Shown piece after piece: positions 1 through 15,000 of a DNA stretch of 64,000 nucleotides. The notes beneath the pieces are model-generated. The model worked only from the letters and a program-made list of their open reading frames with translations. It was not told the DNA's origin and searched no databases. This DNA is from Eledone cirrhosa. Taxonomy: Eukaryota. The stretch is taken from the NCBI GenBank assembly GCA_964016885.1, contig OZ024741.1, forward strand, positions 67,642,001 through 67,706,000, read 5' to 3'. A program made the translations under genes and the position numbers. Positions within the stretch are counted from its first letter, which is position 1, and each line of letters begins with the position of its first letter.

Positions 1-3000
1 CATCTCACAGTCTTCTCATCCATCTCCTTCTCGCTTTGGTCATCTCACAGTCTTCTCATCCATCTCCTTCTCTCTTTGGTCATCTCACAGTCTTCTCATC
101 CATCTCCTTCTCTCTTTGGTCATCTCACAGTCTTCACATCCATCTCCTTCTCTCTTTGGTCATCTCAGAGTGTTCACATCCATCTCCTTCACTCTTTGGT
201 CATCTCACAGTCTTCTCATCCAACTAGTTCTCTCTTTGGTCATCTCACAGTCTTCTCATCCATCTCCTTCTCTCTTTGGTCATCTCACAGTCTTCTCATC
301 CATCTCCTTCTCTCTTTGGTCATCTCACAGTCTTCTCATCCATCTCCTTCTCTCTTTGGTCATCTCACAGTCTTCTCATCCATTCCTTCTCTCTTTGGTC
401 ATCTCACAGTCTTCTCATCCATTTCCTTCTCACTTTGGTCATCTCACAGTCTTCTCATCCATCTCTTTCTCTCTTTGGTCATCTCACAGTCTTCTCATCC
501 ATTCCTTCTCTCTTTGGTCATCTCACAGTCTTCTCATCCATCTCATTCTATCTTTGGTCATCTCACAGTCTTCACATCCATCTCCTTCTCTCTTTGGTCA
601 TCTCACAGTCTTCACATCCATCTCCTTCTCTCTTTGGTCATCTCACAGTCTTCACATCCTTTCCCCTTCTCTCTTTGGTCATCTCACAGTTTTCTCATCC
701 ATATCCTTCTCTCTTTGGTCATCTCACAGTCTTCACATCCATCTCTTTCTCTCTTTTGTCATCTCACAGTTTTCTCATCCATTTCCTTCTCTCTTTGGTC
801 ATCTCACAGTCTTCTCATCTATCTCCTTCTCTCTTTGGTCATCTCACAGTCTTCTCATCCATCTCCTTCTCTCTTTGGTCATCTCACAGTCTTCTCATCC
901 ATCTCCTTCTCTCTTTGGTCATCTCACAGTCTTCTCAACTATCTCCTTCTCTCTTTGGTCATCTGACAGTCTTCTCATCCCTCCCCTTCTCTCTTTGGTC
1001 ATCTCACAGTCTTCTCATCCATTTCCTTCTCACTTTGGTCATCTCACAGTCTTCTCATCCATTCCTTCTCTCTTTGGTCATCTCACTGTCTTCTCATCCA
1101 TTTCCTTCTTACTTTGGTCATCTCACAGTCTTCTCATCCATCTCCTTCTCTCCTTGGTCATCTCACAGTCTTCTCATCCAACTACTTCTCTCTTTGGTCA
1201 TCTCACAGTCTTCACATCCATCTCCTTCTCTCTTTGCTCACCTCACAGTCTTCACATCCATCTCCTTCTCTCTTTGGTAATCTCACAGTCTTCTCATCCA
1301 TCTCCTTCTTTCTTTGGTCATCTCACAGTCTTCACATCCATCTCCTTCTCTCTTTGGTCATTTACAGTCTTCTCATCCCTCCCCTTCTCTCTTTGGTCAT
1401 CTCACAGTCTTCTCATCCATATCCTTCTCTCTTTGGTCATCTCACAGTCTTCACATCATTTCCCCTTCTCTCTTTGATCATCTCACAATCTTCTCATCCA
1501 TCTCCTTCTCTCTTTGGTCATCTCACAGTCTTCTCACCCATATCCTTCTCTCTTTGGTCATCTCACAGTCTTCACATCCTTCTCCTTCTCTCTTTGTTCA
1601 TCTCACAGTCTTCTTATACACCTCCTACTCTCTCTGGTCATCTCACAGTCTTCACATCCTTTCCCCTTCTCTCGTTGGTCATCTCACAGTGTTCTCATCC
1701 ATCTCCTTCTCTCTTTGGTCATCTCACAATCTTCACATCCATCTCCTTCTCTCTTTGGTCATCTCACAGTGTTCACATCCATTCCTTCTCTCTTTGGTCA
1801 TCTCACAGTGTTCTCATCCATCTCCTTCTCTCTTTGGTCATCTCACAGTCTTCTCATCCCTCCCCTTCTCTCTTTGGTCATCTCAGTCTTCTCATCCATC
1901 TCCTTCTCTCTTTGATCATCTCACAGTCTTCTCATCCATCGCCTTCTCTCTTTGGTCATCTCACAATTTTCACATCCATCTCCTTCTCTCTTTGGTCATC
2001 TCACAGTCTTCTCATCCATCGCCTTCTCTCTTTGGTCATCTCACAATCTTCACATCCATCTCCTTCTCTCTTTGGTCATCTCACAGTGTTCACATCCATC
2101 TCCTTCTCTCTTTGGTCATCTCACAGTCTTCTCATCCATTTCTTCTCTCTTTGGGCATCTCACAGCCTTCTCATCCATTCCTTCTCTCTTTGATCATCTC
2201 ACAGTCTTCTCATCCATCTCCTTCTCTCTTTGGTCATCTCACAGTCTTCTCATCCATTCCTTCTCTCTTTGGTCATCTCACTGTCTTCTCATCCATTTCC
2301 TTCTTACTTTGGTCATCTCACAGTCTTCTCATCCATCTCCTTCTCTCCTTGGTCATCTCACAGTCTTCTCATCCAACTCCTTCTCTCTTTGGTCATCTCA
2401 CAGTCTTCACATCCATCTCCTTCTCTCTTTGCTCACCTCACAGTCTTCACATCCATCTCCTTCTCTCTTTGGTAATCTCACAGTCTTCTCATCCATCTCC
2501 TTCTTTCTTTGGTCATCTCACAGTCTTCACATCCATCTCCTTCTCTCTTTGGTCATCTCACAGTCTTCTCATCCCTCCCCTTCTCTCTTTGGTCATCTCA
2601 CAGTCTTCTCATCCATATCCTTCTCTCTTTGGTCATCTCACAGTCTTCACATCATTTCCCCCTCTCTCTTTGATCATCTCACAATCTTCTCATCCATCTC
2701 CTTCTCTCTTTGGTCATCTCACAGTCTTCTCACCCATATCCTTCTCTCTTTGGTCATCTCACAGTCTTCACATCCTTCTCCTTCTCTCTTTGTTCATCTC
2801 ACAGTCTTCTTATACACCTCCTACTCTCTCTGGTCATCTCACAGTCTTCTCATCCCTCCCCTTCTCTCTTTGGTCATCTCACAGTCTTCTCATCCATATC
2901 CTTCTCTCTTTGGTCATCTCACAGTCTTCACATCATTTCCCCCTCTCTCTTTGATCATCTCACAATCTTCTCATCCATTTCCTTCTCACTTTGGTCATCT

Positions 3001-6000
3001 CACAGTGTTCTCATCCATCTCCTTCTCTCTTTGGTCATCTCACAATCTTCACATCCATCGCCTTCTCTCTTTGGTCATCTCACAATTTTCACATCCATCT
3101 CCTTCTCTCTTTGGTCATCTCACAGTCTTCTCATCCATCGCCTTCTCTCTTTGGTCATCTCACAATCTTCACATCCATCTCCTTCTCTCTTTGGTCATCT
3201 CACAGTGTTCACATCCATCTCCTTCTCTCTTTGTTCATCTCACAGTCTTCTCATCCATTCCTTCTCTCTTTGGGCATCTCACAGCCTTCTCATCCATTCC
3301 TTCTCTCTTTGATCATCTCACAGTCTTCTCATCCATCTCCTTCTCTCTTTGGTCATCTCACAGTCTTCTCATCCATTCCTTCTCTCTTTGGTCATCTCAC
3401 AGTCTTTTCATCCATTCCTTCTCTCTTTGGTCATCTCAAAGTCTTCTCATCCATCTCCTTCTCTCTTTGGTCATCTCACAATCTTCACATCCATCTCCTT
3501 CTCTCTTTGGTCATCTCACAGTCTTCTCATCCAACTAGTTCTCTCTTTGGTCATCTCACAGTCTTCTCATCCATTTCCTTCTCACTTTGGTCATCTCACA
3601 GTCTTCTCATCCATTCCTTCTCTCTTTGGTCATCTCACTGTCTTCTCATCCATTTCCTTCTTACTTTGGTCATCTCACAGTCTTCTCATCCATCTCCTTC
3701 TCTCCTTGGTCATCTCACAGTCTTCTCATCCAACTCCTTCTCTCTTTGGTCATCTCACAGTCTTCACATCCATCTCCTTCTCTCTTTGCTCACCTCACAG
3801 TCTTCACATCCATCTCCTTCTCTCCTTGGTAATCTCACAGTCTTCTCATCCATCTCCTTCTTGCTTTGGTCATCTCACAGTCTTCACATCCATCTCCTTC
3901 TCTCTTTGGTCATCTCACAGTCTTCTCATCCCTCCCCTTCTCTCTTTGGTCATCTCACAGTCTTCTCATCCATATCCTTCTCTCTTTGGTCATCTCACAG
4001 TCTTCACATCATTTTCCCTTCTCTCTTTGATCATCTCACAATCTTCTCATCCATCTCCTTCTCTCTTTGGTCATCTCACAGTCTTCTCACCCATATCCTT
4101 CTCTCTTTGGTCATCTCACAGTCTTCACATCCTTCTCCTTCTCTCTTTGTTCATCTCACAGTCTTCTCATACACCTCCTACTCTCTCTGGTCATCTCACA
4201 GTCTTCACATCCTTTCCCCTTCTCTCGTTGGTCATCTCACAGTGTTCTCATCCATCTCCTTCTCTCTTTGGTCATCTCACAATCTTCACATCCATCTCCT
4301 TCTCTCTTTGGTCATCTCACAGTGTTCACATCCATTCCTTCTCCCTTTGGTCATCTCACAGTCTTCTCATCCATCTCCTTCTCTCTTTGGTCATCTCACA
4401 GTCTTCTCATCCCTCCCCTTCTCTCTTTGGTCATCTCAGTCTTCTCATCCATCTCCTTCTCTCTTTGATCATCTCACAGTCTTCTCATCCATCGCCTTCT
4501 CTCTTTGGTCATCTCACAATCTTCACATCCATCTCCTTCTCTCTTTGGTCATCTCACAGTCTTCTCATCCATCGCCTTCTCTCTTTGGTCATCTCACAAT
4601 CTTCACATCCATCTCCTTCTCTCTTTGGTCATCTCACAGTCTTCTCATCCATTCCTTCTCTCTTTGGGCATCTCACAGCCTTCTCATCCATTCCTTCTCT
4701 CTTTGATCATCTCAAAGTCTTCTCATCCATCTCCTTCTCTCTTTGGTCATCTCACAATCTTCACACCCATCTCCTTCTCTCTTTGGTCATCTCACAGTCT
4801 TCTCATCCAACTAGTTCTCTCTTTGGTCATCTCACAGTCTTCTCATCCATTTCCTTCTCACTTTGGTCATCTCACAGTCTTCTCATCCATTCCTTCTCTC
4901 TTTGGTCATCTCACTGTCTTCTCATCCATTTCCTTCTTACTTTGGTCATCTCACAGTCTTCTCATCCATCTCCTTCTCTCCTTGGTCATCTCACAGTCTT
5001 CTCATCCAACTCCTTCTCTCTTTGGTCATCTCACAGTCTTCACATCCATTTCCTTCTTTCTTTGGTCATCTCACAGTCTTCACATCCATCTCCTTCTCTC
5101 TTTGGTCATCTCACAGTCTTCTCATCCATCGCCTTCTCTCTTTGGTCATCTCACAATCTTCACATCCATCTCCATCTCTTTTTGGTCATCTCACAGTGTT
5201 CACATCCATCTCCTTCTCTCTTTGGTCATCTCACAGTCTTCTCATCCATTCCTTCTCTCTTTGATCATCTCACAGTCTTCTCATCCATCTCCTTCTCTCT
5301 TTGGTCATCTCACAGTCTTCTCATCCATTCCTTCTCTCTTTGGTCATCTCACAGTCTTCTCATCCATTCCTTCTCTCTTTGGTCATCTCAAAGTCTTCTC
5401 ATCCATCTCCTTTTCTCTTTGGTCATCTCACAATCTTCACATCCATCTCCTTCTCTCTTTGGTCATCTCACAGTCTTCTCATCCAACTAGTTCTCTCCTT
5501 GGTCATCTCACAGTCTTCTCATCCATCTCCTTCTCTCTTTGGTCATCTCACAGTCTTCTCATCCATCTCCTTCTCTCTTTGGTCATCTCACAGTCTTCTC
5601 ATCCATTCCTTCTCTCTTTGGTCATCTCACAGTCTTCTCATCCATTTCTTTCTCACTTTGGTCATCTCACAGTCTTCTCATCCATCTCTTTCTCTCTTTG
5701 GTCATCTCACAGTCTTCTCATCCATTCCTTCTCTCTTTGGTCATCTCACAGTCTTCTCATCCATCTCATTCTCTCTTTGGTCATCTCACAGTCTTCACAT
5801 CCATCTCCTTCTCTCTTTGGTCATCTCACAGTCTTCACATCCATCTCCTTCTCTCTTTTGTCATCTCACAGTTTTCTCATCCATTTCCTTCTCTCTTTGG
5901 TCATCTGACAGTCTTCTCATCTATCTCCTTCTCTCTTTGGTCATCTCACAGTCTTCTCATCCATCTCCTTCTCTCTTTGATCATCTCACAGTCTTCTCAT

Positions 6001-9000
6001 CCATCTCCTACTCTCTTTGGTCATCTCACAGTCTTCTCAATTATCTCCTTCTCTCTTTGGTCATCTGACAGTCTTCTTATCCCTCCCCTTCTCTCTTTGG
6101 TCATCTCACAGTCTTCACATCCATCTCCTTCTCTCTTTGGTCATCTCACAGTCTTCTCATCCATCTCCTTCTCTCTTTGGTCATCTCACAGTCTTCTCAT
6201 CCATCTCCTTCTCTCTTTGGTCATCTCACAGTCTTCACATCCATCTCCTTCTCTCTTTGGTCATCTCAGAGTGTTCACATCCATCTCCTTCACTCTTTGG
6301 TCATCTCACAGTCTTCTCATCCAACTAGTTCTCTCTTTGGTCATCTCACAGTCTTCTCATCCATCTCCTTCTCTCTTTGGTCATCTCACAGTCTTCTCAT
6401 CCATCTCCTTCTCTCTTTGGTCATCTCACAGTCTTCTCATCCATCTCCTTCTCTCTTTGGTCATCTCACAGTCTTCTCATCCATTCCTTCTCTCTTTGGT
6501 CATCTCACAGTCTTCTCATCCATTTCCTTCTCACTTTGGTCATCTCACAGTCTTCTCATCCATCTCTTTCTCTCTTTGGTCATCTCACAGTCTTCTCATC
6601 CATTCCTTCTCTCTTTAGTCATCTCACAGTCTTCTCATCCATCTCATTCTATCTTTGGTCATCTCACAGTCTTCACATCCATCTCCTTCTCTCTTTGGTC
6701 ATCTCACAGTCTTCACATCCTTTCCCCTTCTCTCTTTGGTCATCTCACAGTTTTCTCATCCATATCCTTCTCTCTTTGGTCATCTCACAGTCTTCACATC
6801 CATCTCTTTCTCTCTTTTGTCATCTCACAGTTTTCTCATCCATTTCCTTCTCTCTTTGGTCATCTCACAGTCTTCTCATCTATCTCCTTCTCTCTTTGGT
6901 CATCTCACAGTCTTCTCATCCATCTCCTTCTCTCTTTGGTCATCTCACAGTCTTCTCATCCATCTCCTTCTCTCTTTGGTCATCTCACAGTCTTCTCAAC
7001 TATCTCCTTCTCTCTTTGGTCATCTGACAGTCTTCTCATCCCTCCCCTTCTCTCTTTGGTCATCTCACAGTCTTCTCATCCATTTCCTTCTCACTTTGGT
7101 CATCTCACAGTCTTCTCATCCATTCCTTCTCTCTTTGGTCATCTCACTGTCTTCTCATCCATTTCCTTCTTACTTTGGTCATCTCACAGTCTTCTCATCC
7201 ATCTCCTTCTCTCCTTGGTCATCTCACAGTCTTCTCATCCAACTACTTCTCTCTTTGGTCATCTCACAGTCTTCACATCCATCTCCTTCTCTCTTTGCTC
7301 ACCTCACAGTCTTCACATCCATCTCCTTCTCTCTTTGGTAATCTCACAGTCTTCTCATCCATCTCCTTCTTTCTTTGGTCATCTCACAGTCTTCTCATCC
7401 ATCTCCTTCTCTCTTTGGTCATTTACAGTCTTCTCATCCCTCCCCTTCTCTCTTTGGTCATCTCACAGTCTTCTCATCCATATCCTTCTCTCTTTGGTCA
7501 TCTCACAGTCTTCACATCATTTCCCCTTCTCTCTTTGATCATCTCACAATCTTCTCATCCATCTCCTTCTCTCTTTGGTCATCTCACAGTCTTCTCACCC
7601 ATATCCTTCTCTCTTTGGTCATCTCACAGTCTTCACATCCTTCTCCTTCTCTCTTTGTTCATCTCACAGTCTTCTTATACACCTCCTACTCTCTCTGGTC
7701 ATCTCACAGTCTTCACATCCTTTCCCCTTCTCTCGTTGGTCATCTCACAGTGTTCTCATCCATCTCCTTCTCTCTTTGGTCATCTCACAATCTTCACATC
7801 CATCTCCTTCTCTCTTTGGTCATCTCACAGTGTTCACATCCATTCCTTCTCTCTTTGGTCATCTCACAGTGTTCTCATCCATCTCCTTCTCTCTTTGGTC
7901 ATCTCACAGTCTTCTCATCCCTCCCCTTCTCTCTTTGGTCATCTCAGTCTTCTCATCCATCTCCTTCTCTCTTTGATCATCTCACAGTCTTCTCATCCAT
8001 CGCCTTCTCTCTTTGGTCATCTCACAATTTTCACATCCATCTCCTTCTCTCTTTGGTCATCTCACAGTCTTCTCATCCATCGCCTTCTCTCTTTGGTCAT
8101 CTCACAATCTTCACATCCATCTCCTTCTCTCTTTGGTCATCTCACAGTGTTCACATCCATCTCCTTCTCTCTTTGGTCATCTCACAGTCTTCTCATCCAT
8201 TCCTTCTCTCTTTGGGCATCTCACAGCCTTCTCATCCATTCCTTCTCTCTTTGATCATCTCACAGTCTTCTCATCCATCTCCTTCTCTCTTTGGTCATCT
8301 CACAGTCTTCTCATCCATTCCTTCTCTCTTTGGTCATCTCACTGTCTTCTCATCCATTTCCTTCTTACTTTGGTCATCTCACAGTCTTCTCATCCATCTC
8401 CTTCTCTCCTTGGTCATCTCACAGTCTTCTCATCCAACTCCTTCTCTCTTTGGTCATCTCACAGTCTTCACATCCATCTCCTTCTCTCTTTGCTCACCTC
8501 ACAGTCTTCACATCCATCTCCTTCTCTCTTTGGTAATCTCACAGTCTTCTCATCCATCTCCTTCTTTCTTTGGTCATCTCACAGTCTTCACATCCATCTC
8601 CTTCTCTCTTTGGTCATCTCACAGTCTTCTCATCCCTCCCCTTCTCTCTTTGGTCATCTCACAGTCTTCTCATCCATATCCTTCTCTCTTTGGTCATCTC
8701 ACAGTGTTCACATCCATCTCCTTCTCTCTTTGGTCATCTCACAGTCTTCTCATCCATTCCTTCTCTCTTTGATCATCTCACAGTCTTCTCATCCATCTCC
8801 TTCTCTCTTTGGTCATCTCACAGTCTTCTCATCCATTCCTTCTCTCTTTGGTCATCTCACAGTCTTCTCATCCATTCCTTCTCTCTTTGGTCATCTCAAA
8901 GTCTTCTCATCCATCTCCTTTTCTCTTTGGTCATCTCACAATCTTCACATCCATCTCCTTCTCTCTTTGGTCATCTCACAGTCTTCTCATCCAACTAGTT

Positions 9001-12000
9001 CTCTCCTTGGTCATCTCACAGTCTTCTCATCCATCTCCTTCTCTCTTTGGTCATCTCACAGTCTTCTCATCCATCTCCTTCTCTCTTTGGTCATCTCACA
9101 GTCTTCTCATCCATTCCTTCTCTCTTTGGTCATCTCACAGTCTTCTCATCCATTTCTTTCTCACTTTGGTCATCTCACAGTCTTCTCATCCATCTCTTTC
9201 TCTCTTTGGTCATCTCACAGTCTTCTCATCCATTCCTTCTCTCTTTGGTCATCTCACAGTCTTCTCATCCATCTCATTCTCTCTTTGGTCATCTCACAGT
9301 CTTCACATCCATCTCCTTCTCTCTTTGGTCATCTCACAGTCTTCACATCCATCTCCTTCTCTCTTTTGTCATCTCACAGTTTTCTCATCCATTTCCTTCT
9401 CTCTTTGGTCATCTGACAGTCTTCTCATCTATCTCCTTCTCTCTTTGGTCATCTCACAGTCTTCTCATCCATCTCCTTCTCTCTTTGATCATCTCACAGT
9501 CTTCTCATCCATCTCCTACTCTCTTTGGTCATCTCACAGTCTTCTCAATTATCTCCTTCTCTCTTTGGTCATCTGACAGTCTTCTTATCCCTCCCCTTCT
9601 CTCTTTGGTCATCTCACAGTCTTCACATCCATCTCCTTCTCTCTTTGGTCATCTCACAGTCTTCTCATCCATCTCCTTCTCTCTTTGGTCATCTCACAGT
9701 CTTCTCATCCATCTCCTTCTCTCTTTGGTCATCTCACAGTCTTCACATCCATCTCCTTCTCTCTTTGGTCATCTCAGAGTGTTCACATCCATCTCCTTCA
9801 CTCTTTGGTCATCTCACAGTCTTCTCATCCAACTAGTTCTCTCTTTGGTCATCTCACAGTCTTCTCATCCATCTCCTTCTCTCTTTGGTCATCTCACAGT
9901 CTTCTCATCCATCTCCTTCTCTCTTTGGTCATCTCACAGTCTTCTCATCCATCTCCTTCTCTCTTTGGTCATCTCACAGTCTTCTCATCCATTCCTTCTC
10001 TCTTTGGTCATCTCACAGTCTTCTCATCCATTTCCTTCTCACTTTGGTCATCTCACAGTCTTCTCATCCATCTCTTTCTCTCTTTGGTCATCTCACAGTC
10101 TTCTCATCCATTCCTTCTCTCTTTAGTCATCTCACAGTCTTCTCATCCATCTCATTCTATCTTTGGTCATCTCACAGTCTTCACATCCATCTCCTTCTCT
10201 CTTTGGTCATCTCACAGTCTTCACATCCTTTCCCCTTCTCTCTTTGGTCATCTCACAGTTTTCTCATCCATATCCTTCTCTCTTTGGTCATCTCACAGTC
10301 TTCACATCCATCTCTTTCTCTCTTTTGTCATCTCACAGTTTTCTCATCCATTTCCTTCTCTCTTTGGTCATCTCACAGTCTTCTCATCTATCTCCTTCTC
10401 TCTTTGGTCATCTCACAGTCTTCTCATCCATCTCCTTCTCTCTTTGGTCATCTCACAGTCTTCTCATCCATCTCCTTCTCTCTTTGGTCATCTCACAGTC
10501 TTCTCAACTATCTCCTTCTCTCTTTGGTCATCTGACAGTCTTCTCATCCCTCCCCTTCTCTCTTTGGTCATCTCACAGTCTTCTCATCCATTTCCTTCTC
10601 ACTTTGGTCATCTCACAGTCTTCTCATCCATTCCTTCTCTCTTTGGTCATCTCACTGTCTTCTCATCCATTTCCTTCTTACTTTGGTCATCTCACAGTCT
10701 TCTCATCCATCTCCTTCTCTCCTTGGTCATCTCACAGTCTTCTCATCCAACTACTTCTCTCTTTGGTCATCTCACAGTCTTCACATCCATCTCCTTCTCT
10801 CTTTGCTCACCTCACAGTCTTCACATCCATCTCCTTCTCTCTTTGGTAATCTCACAGTCTTCTCATCCATCTCCTTCTTTCTTTGGTCATCTCACAGTCT
10901 TCTCATCCATCTCCTTCTCTCTTTGGTCATTTACAGTCTTCTCATCCCTCCCCTTCTCTCTTTGGTCATCTCACAGTCTTCTCATCCATATCCTTCTCTC
11001 TTTGGTCATCTCACAGTCTTCACATCATTTCCCCTTCTCTCTTTGATCATCTCACAATCTTCTCATCCATCTCCTTCTCTCTTTGGTCATCTCACAGTCT
11101 TCTCACCCATATCCTTCTCTCTTTGGTCATCTCACAGTCTTCACATCCTTCTCCTTCTCTCTTTGTTCATCTCACAGTGTTCACATCCATTCCTACTCTC
11201 TCTGGTCATCTCACAGTCTTCACATCCTTTCCCCTTCTCTCGTTGGTCATCTCACAGTGTTCTCATCCATCTCCTTCTCTCTTTGGTCATCTCACAATCT
11301 TCACATCCATCTCCTTCTCTCTTTGGTCATCTCACAGTGTTCACATCCATTCCTTCTCTCTTTGGTCATCTCACAGTGTTCTCATCCATCTCCTTCTCTC
11401 TTTGGTCATCTCACAGTCTTCTCATCCCTCCCCTTCTCTCTTTGGTCATCTCAGTCTTCTCATCCATCTCCTTCTCTCTTTGATCATCTCACAGTCTTCT
11501 CATCCATCGCCTTCTCTCTTTGGTCATCTCACAATTTTCACATCCATCTCCTTCTCTCTTTGGTCATCTCACAGTCTTCTCATCCATCGCCTTCTCTCTT
11601 TGGTCATCTCACAATCTTCACATCCATCTCCTTCTCTCTTTGGTCATCTCACAGTGTTCACATCCATCTCCTTCTCTCTTTGGTCATCTCACAGTCTTCT
11701 CATCCATTCCTTCTCTCTTTGGGCATCTCACAGCCTTCTCATCCATTCCTTCTCTCTTTGATCATCTCACAGTCTTCTCATCCATCTCCTTCTCTCTTTG
11801 GTCATCTCACAGTCTTCTCATCCATTCCTTCTCTCTTTGGTCATCTCACTGTCTTCTCATCCATTTCCTTCTTACTTTGGTCATCTCACAGTCTTCTCAT
11901 CCATCTCCTTCTCTCCTTGGTCATCTCACAGTCTTCTCATCCAACTCCTTCTCTCTTTGGTCATCTCACAGTCTTCACATCCATCTCCTTCTCTCTTTGC

Positions 12001-15000
12001 TCACCTCACAGTCTTCACATCCATCTCCTTCTCTCTTTGGTAATCTCACAGTCTTCTCATCCATCTCCTTCTTTCTTTGGTCATCTCACAGTCTTCACAT
12101 CCATCTCCTTCTCTCTTTGGTCATCTCACAGTCTTCTCATCCCTCCCCTTCTCTCTTTGGTCATCTCACAGTCTTCTCATCCATATCCTTCTCTCTTTGG
12201 TCATCTCACAGTCTTCACATCATTTCCCCCTCTCTCTTTGATCATCTCACAATCTTCTCATCCATCTCCTTCTCTCTTTGGTCATCTCACAGTCTTCTCA
12301 CCCATATCCTTCTCTCTTTGGTCATCTCACAGTCTTCACATCCTTCTCCTTCTCTCTTTGTTCATCTCACAGTCTTCTTATACACCTCCTACTCTCTCTG
12401 GTCATCTCACAGTCTTCACATCCTTTCCCCTTCTCTCGTTGGTCATCTCACAGTGTTCTCATCCATCTCCTTCTCTCTTTGGTCATCTCACAATCTTCAC
12501 ATCCATCGCCTTCTCTCTTTGGTCATCTCACAATTTTCACATCCATCTCCTTCTCTCTTTGGTCATCTCACAGTCTTCTCATCCATCGCCTTCTCTCTTT
12601 GGTCATCTCACAATCTTCACATCCATCTCCTTCTCTCTTTGGTCATCTCACAGTGTTCACATCCATCTCCTTCTCTCTTTGTTCATCTCACAGTCTTCTC
12701 ATCCATTCCTTCTCTCTTTGGTCATCTCACAGTCTTCTCATCCATCTCCTTCTCTCTTTGGTCATCTCACAGTCTTCACATCCATCTCCTTTTCTCTTTA
12801 GTCATATCACGGTCTTCACATCCCTCCCCTTCTCTCTTTGGTCATCTCACAGTCTTCTCATCCATCTCCTTCTCGCTTTGGTCATCTCACAGTCTTCTCA
12901 TCCATCTCCTTCTCTCTTTGGTCATCTCACAGTCTTCTCATCCATCTCCTTCTCTCTTTGGTCATCTCACAGTCTTCACATCCATCTCCTTCTCTCTTTG
13001 GTCATCTCAGAGTGTTCACATCCATCTCCTTCACTCTTTGGTCATCTCACAGTCTTCTCATCCAACTAGTTCTCTCTTTGGTCATCTCACAGTCTTCTCA
13101 TCCATCTCCTTCTCTCTTTGGTCATCTCACAGTCTTCTCATCCATCTCCTTCTCTCTTTGGTCATCTCACAGTCTTCTCATCCATCTCCTTCTCTCTTTG
13201 GTCATCTCACAGTCTTCTCATCCATTCCTTCTCTCTTTGGTCATCTCACAGTCTTCTCATCCATTTCCTTCTCACTTTGGTCATCTCACAGTCTTCTCAT
13301 CCATCTCTTTCTCTCTTTGGTCATCTCACAGTCTTCTCATCCATTCCTTCTCTCTTTGGTCATCTCACAGTCTTCTCATCCATCTCATTCTATCTTTGGT
13401 CATCTCACAGTCTTCACATCCATCTCCTTCTCTCTTTGGTCATCTCACAGTCTTCACATCCATCTCCTTCTCTCTTTGGTCATCTCACAGTCTTCACATC
13501 CTTTCCCCTTCTCTCTTTGGTCATCTCACAGTTTTCTCATCCATATCCTTCTCTCTTTGGTCATCTCACAGTCTTCACATCCATCTCTTTCTCTCTTTTG
13601 TCATCTCACAGTTTTCTCATCCATTTCCTTCTCTCTTTGGTCATCTCACAGTCTTCTCATCTATCTCCTTCTCTCTTTGGTCATCTCACAGTCTTCTCAT
13701 CCATCTCCTTCTCTCTTTGGTCATCTCACAGTCTTCTCATCCATCTCCTTCTCTCTTTGGTCATCTCACAGTCTTCTCAACTATCTCCTTCTCTCTTTGG
13801 TCATCTGACAGTCTTCTCATCCCTCCCCTTCTCTCTTTGGTCATCTCACAGTCTTCTCATCCATTTCCTTCTCACTTTGGTCATCTCACAGTCTTCTCAT
13901 CCATTCCTTCTCTCTTTGGTCATCTCACTGTCTTCTCATCCATTTCCTTCTTACTTTGGTCATCTCACAGTCTTCTCATCCATCTCCTTCTCTCCTTGGT
14001 CATCTCACAGTCTTCTCATCAAACTACTTCTCTCTTTGGTCATCTCACAGTCTTCACATCCATCTCCTTCTCTCTTTGCTCACCTCACAGTCTTCACATC
14101 CATCTCCTTCTCTCTTTGGTAATCTCACAGTCTTCTCATCCATCTCCTTCTTTCTTTGGTCATCTCACAGTCTTCACATCCATCTCCTTCTCTCTTTGGT
14201 CATTTACAGTCTTCTCATCCCTCCCCTTCTCTCTTTGGTCATCTCACAGTCTTCTCATCCATATCCTTCTCTCTTTGGTCATCTCACAGTCTTCACATCA
14301 TTTCCCCTTCTCTCTTTGATCATCTCACAATCTTCTCATCCATCTCCTTCTCTCTTTGGTCATCTCACAGTCTTCTCACCCATATCCTTCTCTCTTTGGT
14401 CATCTCACAGTCTTCACATCCTTCTCCTTCTCTCTTTGTTCATCTCACAGTCTTCTTATACACCTCCTACTCTCTCTGGTCATCTCACAGTCTTCACATC
14501 CTTTCCCCTTCTCTCGTTGGTCATCTCACAGTGTTCTCATCCATCTCCTTCTCTCTTTGGTCATCTCACAATCTTCACATCCATCTCCTTCTCTCTTTGG
14601 TCATCTCACAGTGTTCACATCCATTCCTTCTCTCTTTGGTCATCTCACAGTGTTCTCATCCATCTCCTTCTCTCTTTGGTCATCTCACAGTCTTCTCATC
14701 CCTCCCCTTCTCTCTTTGGTCATCTCAGTCTTCTCATCCATCTCCTTCTCTCTTTGATCATCTCACAGTCTTCTCATCCATCGCCTTCTCTCTTTGGTCA
14801 TCTCACAATTTTCACATCCATCTCCTTCTCTCTTTGGTCATCTCACAGTCTTCTCATCCATCGCCTTCTCTCTTTGGTCATCTCACAATCTTCACATCCA
14901 TCTCCTTCTCTCTTTGGTCATCTCACAGTGTTCACATCCATCTCCTTCTCTCTTTGGTCATCTCACAGTCTTCTCATCCATTTCTTCTCTCTTTGGGCAT

